Counted from the stretch's first letter, positions 33,120 through 46,575 are shown. The stretch: 64,000 nucleotides of DNA from Tubulanus polymorphus (GCF_964204645.1 NC_134025.1:2852001-2916000); one strand, 5' to 3'. Program-made: numbers and translations. Notes: generated by a model not told the origin, from the letters alone.

Positions 33120-33400
33120 CAGTAATTTAGATTGTGTGTAATTAATTATCTTTGTATTGTAATTATCTTGTCACTCAGTAATTTTAAATCGTTTGTAATT
33201 AGCTTCGTCTTATTCTATATAAATACCAGTATGATATGAAAATTTAATCCTTTGCGCTATGCCTGAAGAGGGAATAATGTAACTCCCGCAAACGTTCGTT
33301 TAATAAATATATACTACCAAAAAATGAGATTTGTTCTGTTTTTGCTTCTATGGATCTTGAATTATCTAGACTCTCTACCTAAGATCCAAAATTCAAAATG
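33120..33400 (+). mobile_element. Penelope-like element terminal-repeat relic with a degenerate minimal hammerhead motif
   Basis: Order matches Penelope pLTRs: AT-rich tgtaatt repeats, tatataaat, then cCTGAAGA-GGGA..TCCC-G(C)AAACGTT, then aataaa. Confidence 0.45.
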
Positions 33401-34231
33401 TTTGGTTTTTTTCCCACGATGAATTCAAAAAGTTATATTGATAACGGCTGCCTGTGGTAACTTCAAATGTCACCATACATTCCATGCACCTCAGTCGGTC
33501 TTGGGAGAGTAAAAGAGACTTTCAACATTTTTAAGGAAATAGTTGTCGGACAATCAATTTCACGGATTGGTTAAATGATCCAAAGTAAAAATACTTGATT
33601 ATCGGCGCAAGGCGGTACATAATATCCTACTGTTTCCACGTGTTAAAGGTGTATTAGTTGAACTCGATCCCTCACTGACCAGCTTGAGTACGAGTCCTTT
33701 AGATAAGACCCGATCAGCCATCAAATGCAAAAGCAGCGAGTGGCCGAAATTTCCTTCAAATTTTCTGGCTTTATTTGATTTCTAATAATACGTAGTCGGC
33801 GGTTTAGTTCTCCAGTTCTGGATCCAGTTCTACTGAGTTTTGAATCCAATTGTTCCACACTTGTATAAGCTGCTTAAAGTCTGCGACTGGCGAACAAACA
33901 GAATCAAATTATCGGCGTAAAATCAAACAGACTTTTATTTACAACAAATTTTCAAGACCCGTAACGGGACCATGGTAACATTTTTAACCATGTGTTAACT
34001 AAACTCGAGGCAAATAGAACAGAAAATCCTCCTGGGTGAAATCAGAAAATCCCTGTCCAATACAACGCTCAGTTTAAGGTCCAGTTGTATCAGTCGTAGC
34101 CTACCTAGCTATACAACGCTCAGTTTAAGGTCCAGAAGGCTTTGGTGCTCTGTGACGACCCCAGGCATTGATCTTTATATCATTATTATTTCATGAAAAT
34201 AAAAGTAAGGTTGGATATTCTTCCAACCAAC

Positions 34232-35542
34232 TAGGGGTGACTTGAGAGAGTGTCTCAAGTCACCCCAACTAAAGTTTTCAGTGCAATTTCATATGGGGTT
34301 ACTTACTTGATACAGGCCCGTCTCTAACGACAGCATGCAAAAAGATTCCTAAATGTACAGGACCCAAACATGAGTCGGCCTATTTTGTCTGCCTGACTCA
34401 GTCTAGGGGGTTAAGAACTACTCATATATTCATTTTACTAAAATTCTGTGTCATCATTTTGTGTATGTCTCAAGTCACCCCTCACCTTAGTTAGTTACCT
34501 AATCGTTGGTGGTAAGCTTTTTATAATCGGATGGGCTTATACCAACGTTAGGGATGACAAGGACCAAAACACGGTTGAAAAAAGTAACACTTCAAAAATA
34601 TACTTTCTATTCACTTCAGTCCACAATTAATGGCTTAATTCACAAACTAACACAGGTACCTTTCGAAATAATCCAATTTTATGTACGTTTCGAGTGATGA
34701 ATCAACATTATTTTGAGAAATTAATTAATTTCTCCACAAATTTCGCCATTGGCCGCCATTTCTCTGTATTGCACATGTGGCATGATAAGACAAGGGGACC
34801 TACAAGGATTTATATAAAACTTTCAAGACGAAACGACAATTTTTATTTTTGATGGTTTTCCAACTTTTATTTCAAGTCTTCGTGTTTTCCATAATAAATA
34901 ATGAAATAATAAATTTCTGGTAAAAGAAAAATGTGAATAAGTGTTGATTTTTTAATTTTTTTAAATTTCGTCGTTTCGCTTTGTTAGTTTGTGCTGTTGT
35001 CCTGGCCTCAGTCCACAGGTGCCAGCACCTCCAGTAATTTTCAAAATGGCAGCTGTTGACTGGACGGAAATTTACTCTCACTTTACGGCCGATTTGCACA
35101 TGGATTAAGATCGTCAGGTGAGGTGTTATAGGTATCAGACAAACTACGAATCTGTTGTGCGTCGATTACAACAAAAATGAGACAGATATCTTAAGAGACA
35201 ATGAAATGCCAGGCAAATTACTCGTCAGTCAAATTGGCTGACGAAGATTTCATACAAAAATGACCTTCCCATTCCTGACTGTGGTTTGTGAAAATATCCG
35301 ATCGTGAAACTAAACCACAGTCAGGTTACTGACTACCCTCACCTTGGGGTGACATGAGACATTGTTTCTGAATAAAAAAATTTAGAAAATCATTAGACAC
35401 ATTTTTTCATCATGCCTAGAAAACTGAAGAGCGACCAATTGTTGTTCAAAATAATCATCATTTGGGTAGATTGTTGGTAGGTCCTCGAGCTGCATTTGAA
35501 AAAATCACAAATAAGCGTCTCAAGTCACCCCGATTTACGGTA
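34232..35542. mobile_element. Non-autonomous or truncated DNA transposon relic (Tc1/mariner-pogo-like end)
   Basis: Subterminal motif ggggtgac(t/a)tgaga / gtctcaagtcaccc occurs in both orientations at ~34234, 34252, 34467, 35347 and 35517. The right end reads ...gatttacggta. No matching left terminus was seen. Confidence 0.5.
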
Positions 35543-35748
35543 CGTTGTTAAATTGGCCACAAAACTAAGTAGATTGGTGTTGCCCGGGCATCGGCGCTTT
35601 CCAACGTGGAGGCACCCCTTAATAGAAAATCAACCATCGCTCCGTTTGCAGGATTCGAATCTAATGGCATTTCGGTGGCAACAATTTCATTCTTTGACTT
35701 CTCGGCGGGAATGTCAAGTTACTTGGGATTGGTCAGTATTGTGTAATA

Positions 35749-35817
35749 TGACGTCACACCGGTGTCGGTATATAAGGCCCGTCACGGGGTCACTCTTTCC
35801 AGTTCGGCCATTTTCCG
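35749..35817 (+). promoter_or_regulatory. CRE + TATA + Inr core promoter and short non-coding first exon
   Basis: TGACGTCA at 35749-35756, TATATAAG at 35769-35776, CAGTT ~30 nt downstream (35800) and splice donor gtaagc at 35818. Confidence 0.55.
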
Positions 35818-35965
35818 GTAAGCTAAACTGCGTCCATTTTATTTTTCTGTCGATGAAATGTTTCTTGATTGATTTAATATCTTGGTATTAATTATGTTCT
35901 TTTATCAATATTGCAGCAGCAGTAGCAGCAGCAGCAATCAGAAAACCTACAACAAGAAGAACCGT

Positions 35966-36160
35966 CTACAACAGAACCTTCTACAACGGAACATTCTACA
36001 ACAGAACCTTCTACAACAGAACATTCTACAACAGAACCTTCTACAACAGAACATTCTACAACAGAACATTCTACAACAGAACTTTTGAAAACAAAACCTT
36101 CGACAACAGAACCTTCGAAAACAGAATCTTCGAAAACAGAACCTTCTACGGAACCTACAA
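35966..36160. repeat. 15-bp minisatellite (ctacaacagaac(c/a)tt)n
   Basis: About 12-13 tandem copies, degenerating to the right. Confidence 0.9.
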
Positions 36161-36196
36161 CAACGTCGACAACTAACTACAAAAACTACAACAATC

Positions 36197-39100
36197 ATGT
36201 CATGTAACTTTTTATTCGACGTGCTGAAATCCGTACAGGTCGAGGTGCTGAAAAATGGCGGGGCACTCGACCTGTTCCTTAATTTAAGTAAGTTTTTACT
36301 CATTACCTTATGTCAATTAGTATGCCTCAAATATCTCTAAAAAATCAAATATCTCTCAAAATTACTTATCTTGGTTATCTCAAATACACAACTTATCTAG
36401 CACAAATCTCTGAAATTTCATTTAAATATTTCTCGAATCCGAAATCTTAAACTAGAATATCTAAACTGATCCAATTCTATTCAGATAATGTTTTTATTCA
36501 TTTGAATACCTCAGTCACTTTGAAAGTTCAATTATTTCAACTCTTAATCTCAAAAGTGATCACAAAAATATCGATGTTTCAATATCTCAAATATATATAT
36601 TTTTTTTCAATTTGAAACTGATCTTAAATATTTCATTCTAGGTAGAATCTCAATTATTTTATTGAAAAGAAAAAAATTTAGAAACATTCAATAAGGAAAG
36701 ACAATTATTTCTATATCTGCATTAAAACAGTAAATTAACTGCAGTAATAACGATAAAACTATCCTTGATGTCTCGACATAGAATTTCCTTTCCGTCTCTC
36801 AACACAAATATTCACGGAACAAAATTGAATTGAATTTAATAGAATGTGACTCTGATGGATGGGATTTATTATAATGATGTAAAAACCTATTTCCGGGTCC
36901 AAATTTGACGTGCCGTTTGTAAAGAATTTCCATCATGCGCTCCAAGCATGTATCATTGATGCTGTTTAATTCCTTTCAGAAAACCGCAAATAAACAGTTT
37001 GAAACTGTTTAATTGATAATAGGCCTCAGTCATCATTGACATCATTAGCTGGGACGCCACGGGTGGTGGGCGAGTCCTCCCTCCGTCCGGTCCAGACCGT
37101 ATCAGGGCCTGGGCGCTGGGGCTGGCTCTGGCATATGCACCACCCACAAGGCCTACATACAAATAACTATTAAAAAGGCCTCCTATGTGAAGTTTGAATT
37201 TGAAACTCATCATTGCGAGTCAGGCCGAAATGTTTGATTGTTGAATTTGAAACTCATCATATTGCAAGTTAGAAAAGGTTTCTATTTTGTTGAAAGAATT
37301 ATTTTCAATTAGGCCTCAAAAGCTACGGTAGGTACCGGACCCAAATATTTTCCATTCATAAGCCTAGCAACCCCAGCCTAGTGTTTTTCCAGCCTTTGAG
37401 CATTTTTTCCTGCGGGGAAGTAGCTATCATTATATTTACAGTGTCAGTGAATTTTTCCAGTGATGGATTCAATATTCGAGGGGTAAGTAGTGATTCATTT
37501 GAAATATCTCGTAGATATCGGTTTATGTGAAATAGGCCTAGATTCCAATTATTATTCATTATTCACTGTTTACTGATGTTTTGTTTTATGATCGAATGAA
37601 AATGTATTTGATATTTTGTAGTAAATGGATTTGATCGATTTAATGAAGTCACCTGGTTGTGGGAGAAAGTTTGAATAATTGCGCAACGTACAATAACAAT
37701 GTACTAAATGTAAGTATAATCGATCCCTCATTTATTCATTATTAATGATTTATATTTTATTATTTTTTATGACGATGTAGATGAAAATGTGTTTATTATA
37801 TTTAGAATGAATTTGTTTGAAGCCGGCTATGAATTGGTTATGCAACGTCGCAGCACCGCTTCTGAGTTCAGCACTAGGCTACCCAGTAGTGAGATTGGCC
37901 GCCTTCTTCATTACTACAGTTTAAGTACTATCAAACCACACCAACCCAGTTGCAGTGTATAATCATCCCAGTACCAGAGATACCAGCCCATCATCCCAGT
38001 ACCAATGATACCAGTGCATCATCCCAGTACCAGTGATACCAGTGCATCATCCCAGTACCAGTGATACCAGTGCATCATCCCAGTACCAGTGATACCAGTG
38101 CATCATCCCAGTACCAGTGATACCAGTGCATCATCCCAGTACCAGTGATACCAGTACATTATCCCAGTACCAGTGATACCAGTGCGTCATCCCAGTACCA
38201 GTGATACCAATACATCATCCCAGTACCAGTGATACCAGTGCATCAAGCCAGTACCAGTGATACCAGCGCATCCACGCCCAGTACTTATTATTGTTAACTG
38301 TAGCTGTCTGGTTATTCTACAAACTGCTGATTGTTGATTGTTCGGTTTCTATTGGTTTAATTGGTTTCTGTGAATACTTCAATAAAATGATAAAATAAAA
38401 AAAATTTTAAATAAAATGATACATTGAGAAATCAGAATTGTCTGAATAATTTTTTTGGTTGAAATTCAATATTCAGTAAACGAATCTTAAGTATTGGGCC
38501 CTTATCAGAATTAAGATAACTGACTGGCAGCCTTTGTTGTTTCTCGGTCAAAATAAGTACATTTTGCATATTTATTCTCGTCTTGAATTTTGGTTATACA
38601 ATTATGATACCCTTTATTTCATCATCTCAAAAACATTTTTTGATCAGAAACAAAATGGCTTTCTTGTGGGTATTAGGCCTGATGCTAGCCGTATTACAAT
38701 GAAATTTGAAATTGGTATATTTGGGGAAGGGATATTCAAAGAAACCCGCTATCCAATGAGTTTTTGTGGGTTTTGATGGGTTAGGGGGATTATCCGTCGT
38801 CGTCTGTCCGTCCGTCTGTCAGTCTGTCCATCCATCAACTTTTGCTTCAATTTTGCTACTAGTGCTACAGATCTTTTCTGATCTTGACGAAACTTGGTAT
38901 GTAGATACTGCAGAGCCATTTTCCCAATTTGATCTCCAGGGGGCACTGTACGGGTGGCGCTTGTAAAATCTTTAAATCGCTACTTGTCCTACAATTATTG
39001 TCCGATGTTGACGAAACTTGGTATGTAGATACTATGGGCCAAGGGCTAAAAAGTGATAGAGCCGTTTTCTGGATTTGAACTCTTGAGAGTGCTGTGTAGG

Positions 39101-42100
39101 TGGTCCTTGTAAAGTCTTATCATAAAACAGCGGAGCTATCAGCCGATAGGCTGCGTATTGATGTAAATATCATCAACTACTTTCATAAACCTTAACAGGT
39201 TTCTTGATGCGTCCCTCCATCTTGAATTGTTTATTTGTATCACCATTGTACAATTCTTATACATGTAAATCAAAATGGTAAATGAATTATCATGTTGTGA
39301 TATTATTTTACTTGAATTGAACAGCATCTCATCGAGTTGAATTAGTATTTTTCAGTATCGATAATCCCATAAGGAGAACTGAAAATTATGCAAATATAAG
39401 CAATTTTTCGTTTCGCATATTTTTTATTGCTCTCAATTGCAAAGCTGTAACTAATGACTGTCCAGTATTTGAAGATTTGATGAGGTCTCAATGAGGCCTA
39501 AACTTATTTTGTACTTTTCTCATATGATAAGCATTTTATGTGAATAGCTAAAATCGGGTTTAAGTGAAAATGAATTTTGGTGTTTGATTTCAAGACAAAT
39601 TGCTTTTTGTAAATGGTTAATCCGTTTCAGAGGAATACACATAAACATGTATTCAAACATTAAAATGTATTCAAACGTAGCGTTTTGTCAGAATATTTTC
39701 TTAGATTATGTCAAATATGAGCTGAACATTGTTAAATACAACTCCGGAACTTCATCAGAACCACTAGTACCATATCCTCTTGATGAAGTCGTGGGAGATA
39801 AAGTTTTACCTGTGCTACGTCTGTGTGAAATTTTTGCGTTTATCGCCACAACTCAAAAACCATTGAATTCTGAAACAAGCTGTGTCTGAAGGATTCGATA
39901 TTCAAGTAAGTGGCTCATTTGAATAAGTTGTGAATTTATGTGAAATAGGCCTTCATTGAGGTGTAGTGACCCAGTCGCTGATCCTTCCTCAATCCAGGGC
40001 TCATGGTTTCAGATCTTGGTTGTTTTGAATGTGAATGAATCAACAGTGAATTGAGTGGCAATCTGTCTAACCAGGGCGAACCTGGTTTTTATTGTTAGTC
40101 GAATAAAGGTCGGAGCTAATAACCAAAGCACTATAGTTCGGTCATTACATATTTCAGTGTCGGCCATCTTGAAACTAGGTGCGAACTACAGCAACCGTGC
40201 TCAATCCCGCGGTCGACCGTTTCCGGACTGCAGTTCTGACTGTCATTCCGTTTCAATTTGTCACCTCCTCCGGAAACGGAGGTTTGCCCGGGCAGGCAAG
40301 CTCCATTATTTATGATGTAGTTCATATAAATTGAAAATTTATCAAAAATATAATACAATTTTCATAATATAAAATATATATAAAAATATGTACAAGATAG
40401 ATATATCTGGCGATAGAATAAATGCTGAAAATTAATTGTTATTTAGAAACAGGAATGTTGACACAGAACCCCCCAAATAAGGCATTGTAGTTATCAATGG
40501 ATGAAAACATTATCATAACGGTTTTTACGGCGTCAAAAATAGGCCTAATTCCAGATGTCATTTATTATTGATTAAATCAAATTGTTTTATTTGTAGAATT
40601 GGATGTAGCCAGCAGTGAATTGGTTTGATAACATGGCCGGCGCATGATACATAGATAGGTTTTGCTAATGGTGAAACGTTATATTTGTAATATCCTCGAG
40701 AACTGATGTATTGCATATCCCGTTTGGTAACTAAAATGATAATCACGTCGAGAAATGTGATGTTTTGGTTAAGAACAGTCAGTTCAGGCTGGTTGAATGA
40801 ATGTTCAAACGATTTGGAACCAAAGCTTTCCAATTATGTACTTCGATTAAAACAAAAAATCCAGTAAATGTGCGACTATATCTGTCCTTCGATTTCTGAT
40901 GAAATTTGAATAAAATTCTTTGCATTGTTTTTCTACCATGAAAAAAATGTAAAAAAAGCTTTGAAATATGTGAAAATTGAATATGATTTACCATGTACTG
41001 TCTATAGTCGCGTTCACACGACAACTAGTTAGACCGGTCTAAATGGGTCCGTACCCGGTCCGGTCCAAATTTAGACCCGACCAAATTTTGGTGAGCGTTC
41101 ACACAGTGTTTTGACACGCGGTGATAAAATCGCTTGTCACCGGGCACACAAGATGTCGCCATCTGCTAAATAATTAATTGCGCCTGGATGAAGTCTTGCT
41201 TCCAGATTCGAAGTAGAGCAAGACATTCTTCATTTGACCAATTCGATCCTCTGTCAGGTTTAGACATTTTTGCGAATCCGACTTCGTTCTATCACGCTGA
41301 AACTCTTAAGTATCATTTAAACATGGTTCAAAACACGGCAGTAAAACGGATGATGATCGCGATGTACGAATACGAATAAGCTCCAAACATTTCCATAGAA
41401 TAGGGAGGAAAAACAATATTTAAAAATAATTATGTAAACGGTAATAAAAGCATTTAGAACTTAATAAACAGGACTCGCACTCTACCGCAGAGGTCGCGAC
41501 ATCTACCGCAGAGATACAGAATCACGATTTAAACCAGACCTGGTGCCAGTTTCTGTCCACACTTATTTAGACCGGTCCAAAATTTGGTCCGGACCTGGTT
41601 CGCTCTATGCCAAATTAGACCGGTCTAAACTAGACCGGTCTAATTTGGAACGGTATTTAGACCGGTTTAAATTTCGTCGTGTGAACGCGCCTTATAGTTA
41701 AGATAATAGAATATGAATAAATTAAAGTAATTATTTTGTCTTGATTATTTTGTTACTGAGCATTTTCTTAAAGATATTAAGAACAGATTGAGGAAATGCA
41801 TAATGGATTTTCTTGATATTTGGTTTATACTTGTTTATACCCCTAGAGGCATCTGCAGTTATACCGTACCCAAACTGTATTGATAGCAATGGGCTTTATT
41901 ATTGTTATGAAAATGAATTAACGATAATATCAAATTTGATAATTATGAGGAATGAAGAAGATAGATTTGAAAGCTTTTCAGCAACAATCTACATGTAAGG
42001 CTGGGGCAGGTGATCATAATATTAACATCTGTATGAGCTTTCGCTGGTTTACTGTTAAATTGTGATATGAGTTATTCCAAAACAAAAATTTATGTAGTTG

Positions 42101-43100
42101 TGAAACCTGAACTGTATCATAATTCCAGTTATTGGTATGAACCGATTTTACCTATGCATTCCAAAAGCTAATACCATCACCATTGTTGATGTATCATCAC
42201 ATACTATGACAAAACTGAAATTGCCTTCGAACTCTTGATTTAGAAATGAATCAGATAAACTGGCAATTAATTGCATATTTGCAGTCATTAAGTCTACGTG
42301 GTATTAATTTGTAATATTCGTGATCCTTAATAGTTTTTCTTTTCATTTCAGCTGAATCAATTGTTATTGATGTTGTCAACAGAAAAGATGAGTCTGGCCA
42401 CGCTTATGAGGCGGCTTCCCTTCTACAAAGGAGATTAAAAAGGTGCGTGGAGCGTTTATCGTCTCATAAGCACGGGGAGCCAAATCCACCAACACCGTTG
42501 GCTCCCCCGCGGGTGGTGGACCCTGCTTCTGCGGTGCAGGTGGTTGCGATCACCGTATCTTCGGATACGGAGGTCGCGCCGCCTGTTATCGTGAAGCAGG
42601 AGGTCGCCCCTGCCGTGGTTGCCCCGACAGAGGCGCCACAGGACCAGACTCCTGCACCGCGCAGGTCGCCGCGCAAGAATAGGAAAGATGTGAATTATAC
42701 GGAAGGTTCGGGGCGGCCTAACAAAAAAAGAACACCAAAACGTGCGGCTCCTCCACCACAACCAAATTTTGAGGAGTCCAGTGATGAGGAGTCCTCAGCG
42801 GCTCCTGGAGCTCCACAACCAGGGCCCCCACCACCACCACAACCACCTGTGTGCGTGCAAACTACAAGAAAAAGAAAAAGAACTTATAATAATGATAATA
42901 ATGATATGCCCGCCCAGGCTGGAACATCGGGCGCTCCAGCGGGGGTACCACCCGCCCCCGCTGTTGAGCTTGTTGCACGCGGCCCTGGTTGGTCTCGAAA
43001 CATCCGCATAAAAGATCCTGTGCAATTGCTCCGCGATGTTGAAGGGGCCTTTGATGGAAATTATACATTTATAAGAAATAAGAGAGCAAGGAGAAATTAA
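36197..43100 (+). CDS. Orphan spliced gene (possibly a pseudogene) encoding a Pro-rich, basic, low-complexity putative nuclear protein
   Basis: Exon 36197-36287 (MSCNFLFDVLKSVQVEVLKNGGALDLFLNL, gtaagt donor, phase 1) is phase-compatible with terminal exon 42352-43100 (strong tttcatttcag acceptor, GC-rich, includes ORF 42447-43100). AATAAA signals follow at ~43343-43424. Additional exon-like segments between them carry stops or phase mismatches. Confidence 0.5.
37961..38283. repeat. 28-bp minisatellite (catcatcccagtaccagtgataccagtg)n
   Basis: About 11 tandem copies with a period of 28. Confidence 0.92.
38743..39160 (+). mobile_element. Helentron/HINE-like non-autonomous element
   Basis: GTCC/GTCT microsatellite near the 5' end, two tandem ttgacgaaacttggtatgtagatact units, and a 3' hairpin cagcc-gata-ggctg. 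This layout is characteristic of HINE/DINE-1-type elements. Confidence 0.55.
41007..41691. mobile_element. ~685-bp PIF/Harbinger-like MITE
   Basis: TIRs gtcgcgttcacacgac / gtcgtgtgaacgcgcc, many subterminal tagaccggtc motifs at both ends, and flanks ata / tta. Confidence 0.75.
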
Positions 43101-43586
43101 AAATCCATCCCCCTTCACTCGCCATCACTCCGGGCAACAACATCAGCCCATGCACGTCTGCAGATCGGCACTCCTTTCATCATTCATTTTTATTATCGCT
43201 CAAGTGAATTTTAAGAACTCATTCATTTCATTTCATTTCTTCGTCGGTCTGCAGTTGGCGCGGTGCCACAAAATATCTGTCAACCCCTTGCATTAGGAAC
43301 CAGTGGGCGTGCAGTCCTGCATTTCAATTTTATTTTTAAAAAAATAAAAAATAAAAACCAGATGCTACCGGTTTTATAGGGAGTTTTACGGTTCTCCTGA
43401 AAAAATTATAAAAACTAAAAATAAAAAAAGAAACCATCAATTCATTTCATCCCTTTATTTATTTTATTGGGCAAATTAAAATTTGTTCCATCATATCATC
43501 CATACTTATTTAAAATCATTTTAATTTATTTATTTTTTTGACTGTACGTCCCGCTGTGTTCCTACCAAACCCTCCCACACCATTTT

Positions 43587-43915
43587 CTGCATTTGAATTG
43601 ACTCATGCAGTTCCATTCCTGCATTTGAACTGACTCATGCAGTTCCATTCCTGCATTTGAACTGACTCATGCAGTTCCATTCTTGTATTCGAACTGACTC
43701 ATACAGTTCCACTCCTGCATTCAAAATGACTCATGCAGTTCCACTCCTGCATCCTCAAACTGACTCATGCAGTTCCATTCCTGCATTAGAACTGACTCAT
43801 GCAGTACCATTCCTTCATTAGAACTGACTCGTGCAGCTCCATTCCTGCATTCGAACTGACTCATGCAGTTCCATTCCTGCATTCGAACTGACTCATGCAG
43901 TTCCATTCTTGCGTT
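43587..43915. repeat. 32-bp minisatellite (ctgcatt(t/c)gaactgactcatgcagttccattc)n
   Basis: About 10 tandem copies, nearly all containing TGACTCA. Confidence 0.92.
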
Positions 43916-45119
43916 CCATTTTGCAGCAGCATTCAGCCTCAGTATCCATCTTTACCATCTGTATCCATCCTTGCCATTTTTCAGTGGCATTACTCGTGGT
44001 AATTAATCACCGATTCAATTGCTGTAATCATTATGGCCTTTTGAAAAGTCCTCTAGGACACGCTGGAAAATGCCATCTCTACAATTAATTTTTCTGTGAA
44101 CTTTCTGTTAGCTCTGGGTGGTAGAATTGTAACCATTGGATATACACAGCTGATATTTTGTCACTAGCAGAGAAATAGGCGTTGGAATTAATATGGAAGG
44201 TTTTGTCCATCAGCTCTCAGTGGATTGGAAGTACTAAGAGAAATGAGCAAATGAATTTTCCCCATTTCTACTTATCGATGCTTGACCTTGTTCCACGATA
44301 ATGACGTCACTGGGATAGTCCTTCAGCATCCAAGTTCAATGTTATAGAATAAACATTGTATGGATTGTTCTGCCATGTGCCAGCGAGTCATGGCTACGAG
44401 CAAATTATCTCAACTAAATTGATCTCCACTAAATTGCTCGTAAGTCATGGGAATAACCTAATACCATGCATACTATCACACATGCTTACTACTGGTTTTG
44501 TGTGCACTGAGATTTCATATTCATACCTTATTGCAAATCCCATAAATCCATTTAAATGCTCAACGGTAAACTTTACTCAGTTGATCCTGCTGCACCCATG
44601 GTCCTATTTAGGGTGTGAAATGGAATGATTCACTTGATTGATGATCAATACATGAATTTCATAATTGATAATTGCGATAAAATGGAACCTTATAGAAAGA
44701 ATTCTGTAAAGATTCAGTTAAAACGCAGAATAAAAAAGAATGATCTCTGATAAGAGATTTGTTGTTGTCAAGTCGGTGAAGTTGTATTGGCTAATAATGA
44801 GCCTTATTATCATCAGGCTCAGAATTTGACTTGTCTACTGAGCAGAGGAGAGAGAAATAGAGTATTTCGCTAATTAAGCTAATGAATGAATAAAAGATAA
44901 GATTGAGATACTTTTAGATAATTGATTGAAAATTGAGATTAATCATCAATATTTTGAAATGAAATTGCTGGGATTTGACCTAGGATCAGCAAGTACTGAA
45001 ACATCATTAACGATGAATTGAAATGATAATTCTAATCAAAATTAGTTATTATTCAAATTTTGGATGTTCAAAATTGCCAAGTGTATAGAGGATATATACT
45101 TGGGAAATGTGGGAATTGA

Positions 45120-46575
45120 TCCCTTGTATAGAGGACCCTTGTATAGAGGACAGTCAGAGAGGAAACCTCTTTAAAGAGGACAGTCAAGTAAAATGGGAAT
45201 TTACCGGTAATTCCTGTATAGAGGACAGTCAGGAGAGTGCAGGTTGTATTCCTGTATAGGGGACAGAGAGGAAACCCCTGTTAAGAGGACAGTCAGATAA
45301 AAGGGAATTTAATTCCTGTATAGAGAGGATAGAGAGTGCAGGTTAAATTACTGTATAGAGGGCAGTCATAGAGGGAACCCCTGTATAGAGGGCTGTCAGA
45401 TACATGGGAAGTTAATTCCTGTATAGAGGACAGTCAGAGAGGACGGGTTGAATTCCTGTATAGAGGACAGTCATAGAGAGTAGGTTGAACCCCTGTATAG
45501 AGGACAGTCATAGAGAGTAGGTTGAACCCCTGTATAGAGGACAGTCAGATAAAAGGGAATTTAATTCCTGTATAGAGAGGATAGAGAGTGCAGGTTAAAT
45601 TACTGTATAGAGGGCAGTCATAGAGGGAACCCCTGTATAGAGGGCTGTCAGATACATGGGAAGTTAATTCCTGTATAGAGGACAGTCAGAGAGGACGGGT
45701 TGAATTCCTGTATAGAGGACAGTCATAGAGAGTAGGTTGAACCCCCTGTATAGAGGGCAGTCATACAGAGTAGGTTGAACCCCTGTATAGAGGACAGTCA
45801 TAGAGAGCAGGTTGAACCCCTGTATAGAGGACAGTCATAGAGAGTAGGTTGAACCCCCTGTATAGAGGGCAGTCATACAGAGTAGGTTGAACCCCCGTAT
45901 AGAGGACAGTCATAGAGAGTATCTAGGTTGAACCCCTGTATAGAGGACAGTCATAGAGAGTAGGTTGAACCCCTGTATAGAGGACAGTCATAGGGAGTAG
46001 GTTGAACCCCTGTATAGAGGACAGTCATAGAGAGTAGGTTGAACCCCTGTATGGAGGACAGTCATAGAGAGTAGGTTGAACCCCTGTATAGAGGACAGTC
46101 ATAGAGAGTAGGTTGAACCCCTGTATAGAGGACAGTCATAGAGAGTAGGTTGAACCCCTGTATGGAGGACAGTCATAGAGAGTAGGTTGAACCCCTGTAT
46201 ACAGGACAGTCATAGAGAGTAGGTTGAACCCCTGTATAGAGGACAGTCATAGAGAGTAGGTTGAACCCCTGTATAGAGGACAGTCATAGAGAGTAGGTTG
46301 AACCCCTGTATAGAGGACAGTCATAGAGAGTAGGTTGAACCCCTGTATAGAGGACAGTCATAGAGAGTAGGTTGAACCCCTGTATGGAGGACAGTCATAG
46401 AGAGTAGGTTGAACCCCTGTATACAGGACAGTCATAGAGAGTAGGTTGAACCCCTGTATAGAGGACAGTCATAGAGAGTAGGTTGAACCCCTGTATAGAG
46501 GACAGTCATAGAGAGTAGGTTGAACCCCTGTATGGAGGACGGGAGAGAGAGTAGGTTGTACCCTTGTATAGAGGT
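45120..46575. repeat. 37-bp minisatellite (gtatagaggacagtcatagagagtaggttgaacccct)n
   Basis: Degenerate on the left and near-perfect from ~45700. Followed by (cat)n at ~46597-46631. Confidence 0.95.

Noticed and set aside
35882-36303. ORFs with QQNLL and FCCRR repeats
   Set aside because: Artefacts of the 15-bp minisatellite.
39887-39889. In-frame TGA as selenocysteine or readthrough in the candidate orphan exon
   Set aside because: No SECIS was recognised downstream, and other candidate exons also carry stops. Decay is the simpler explanation.
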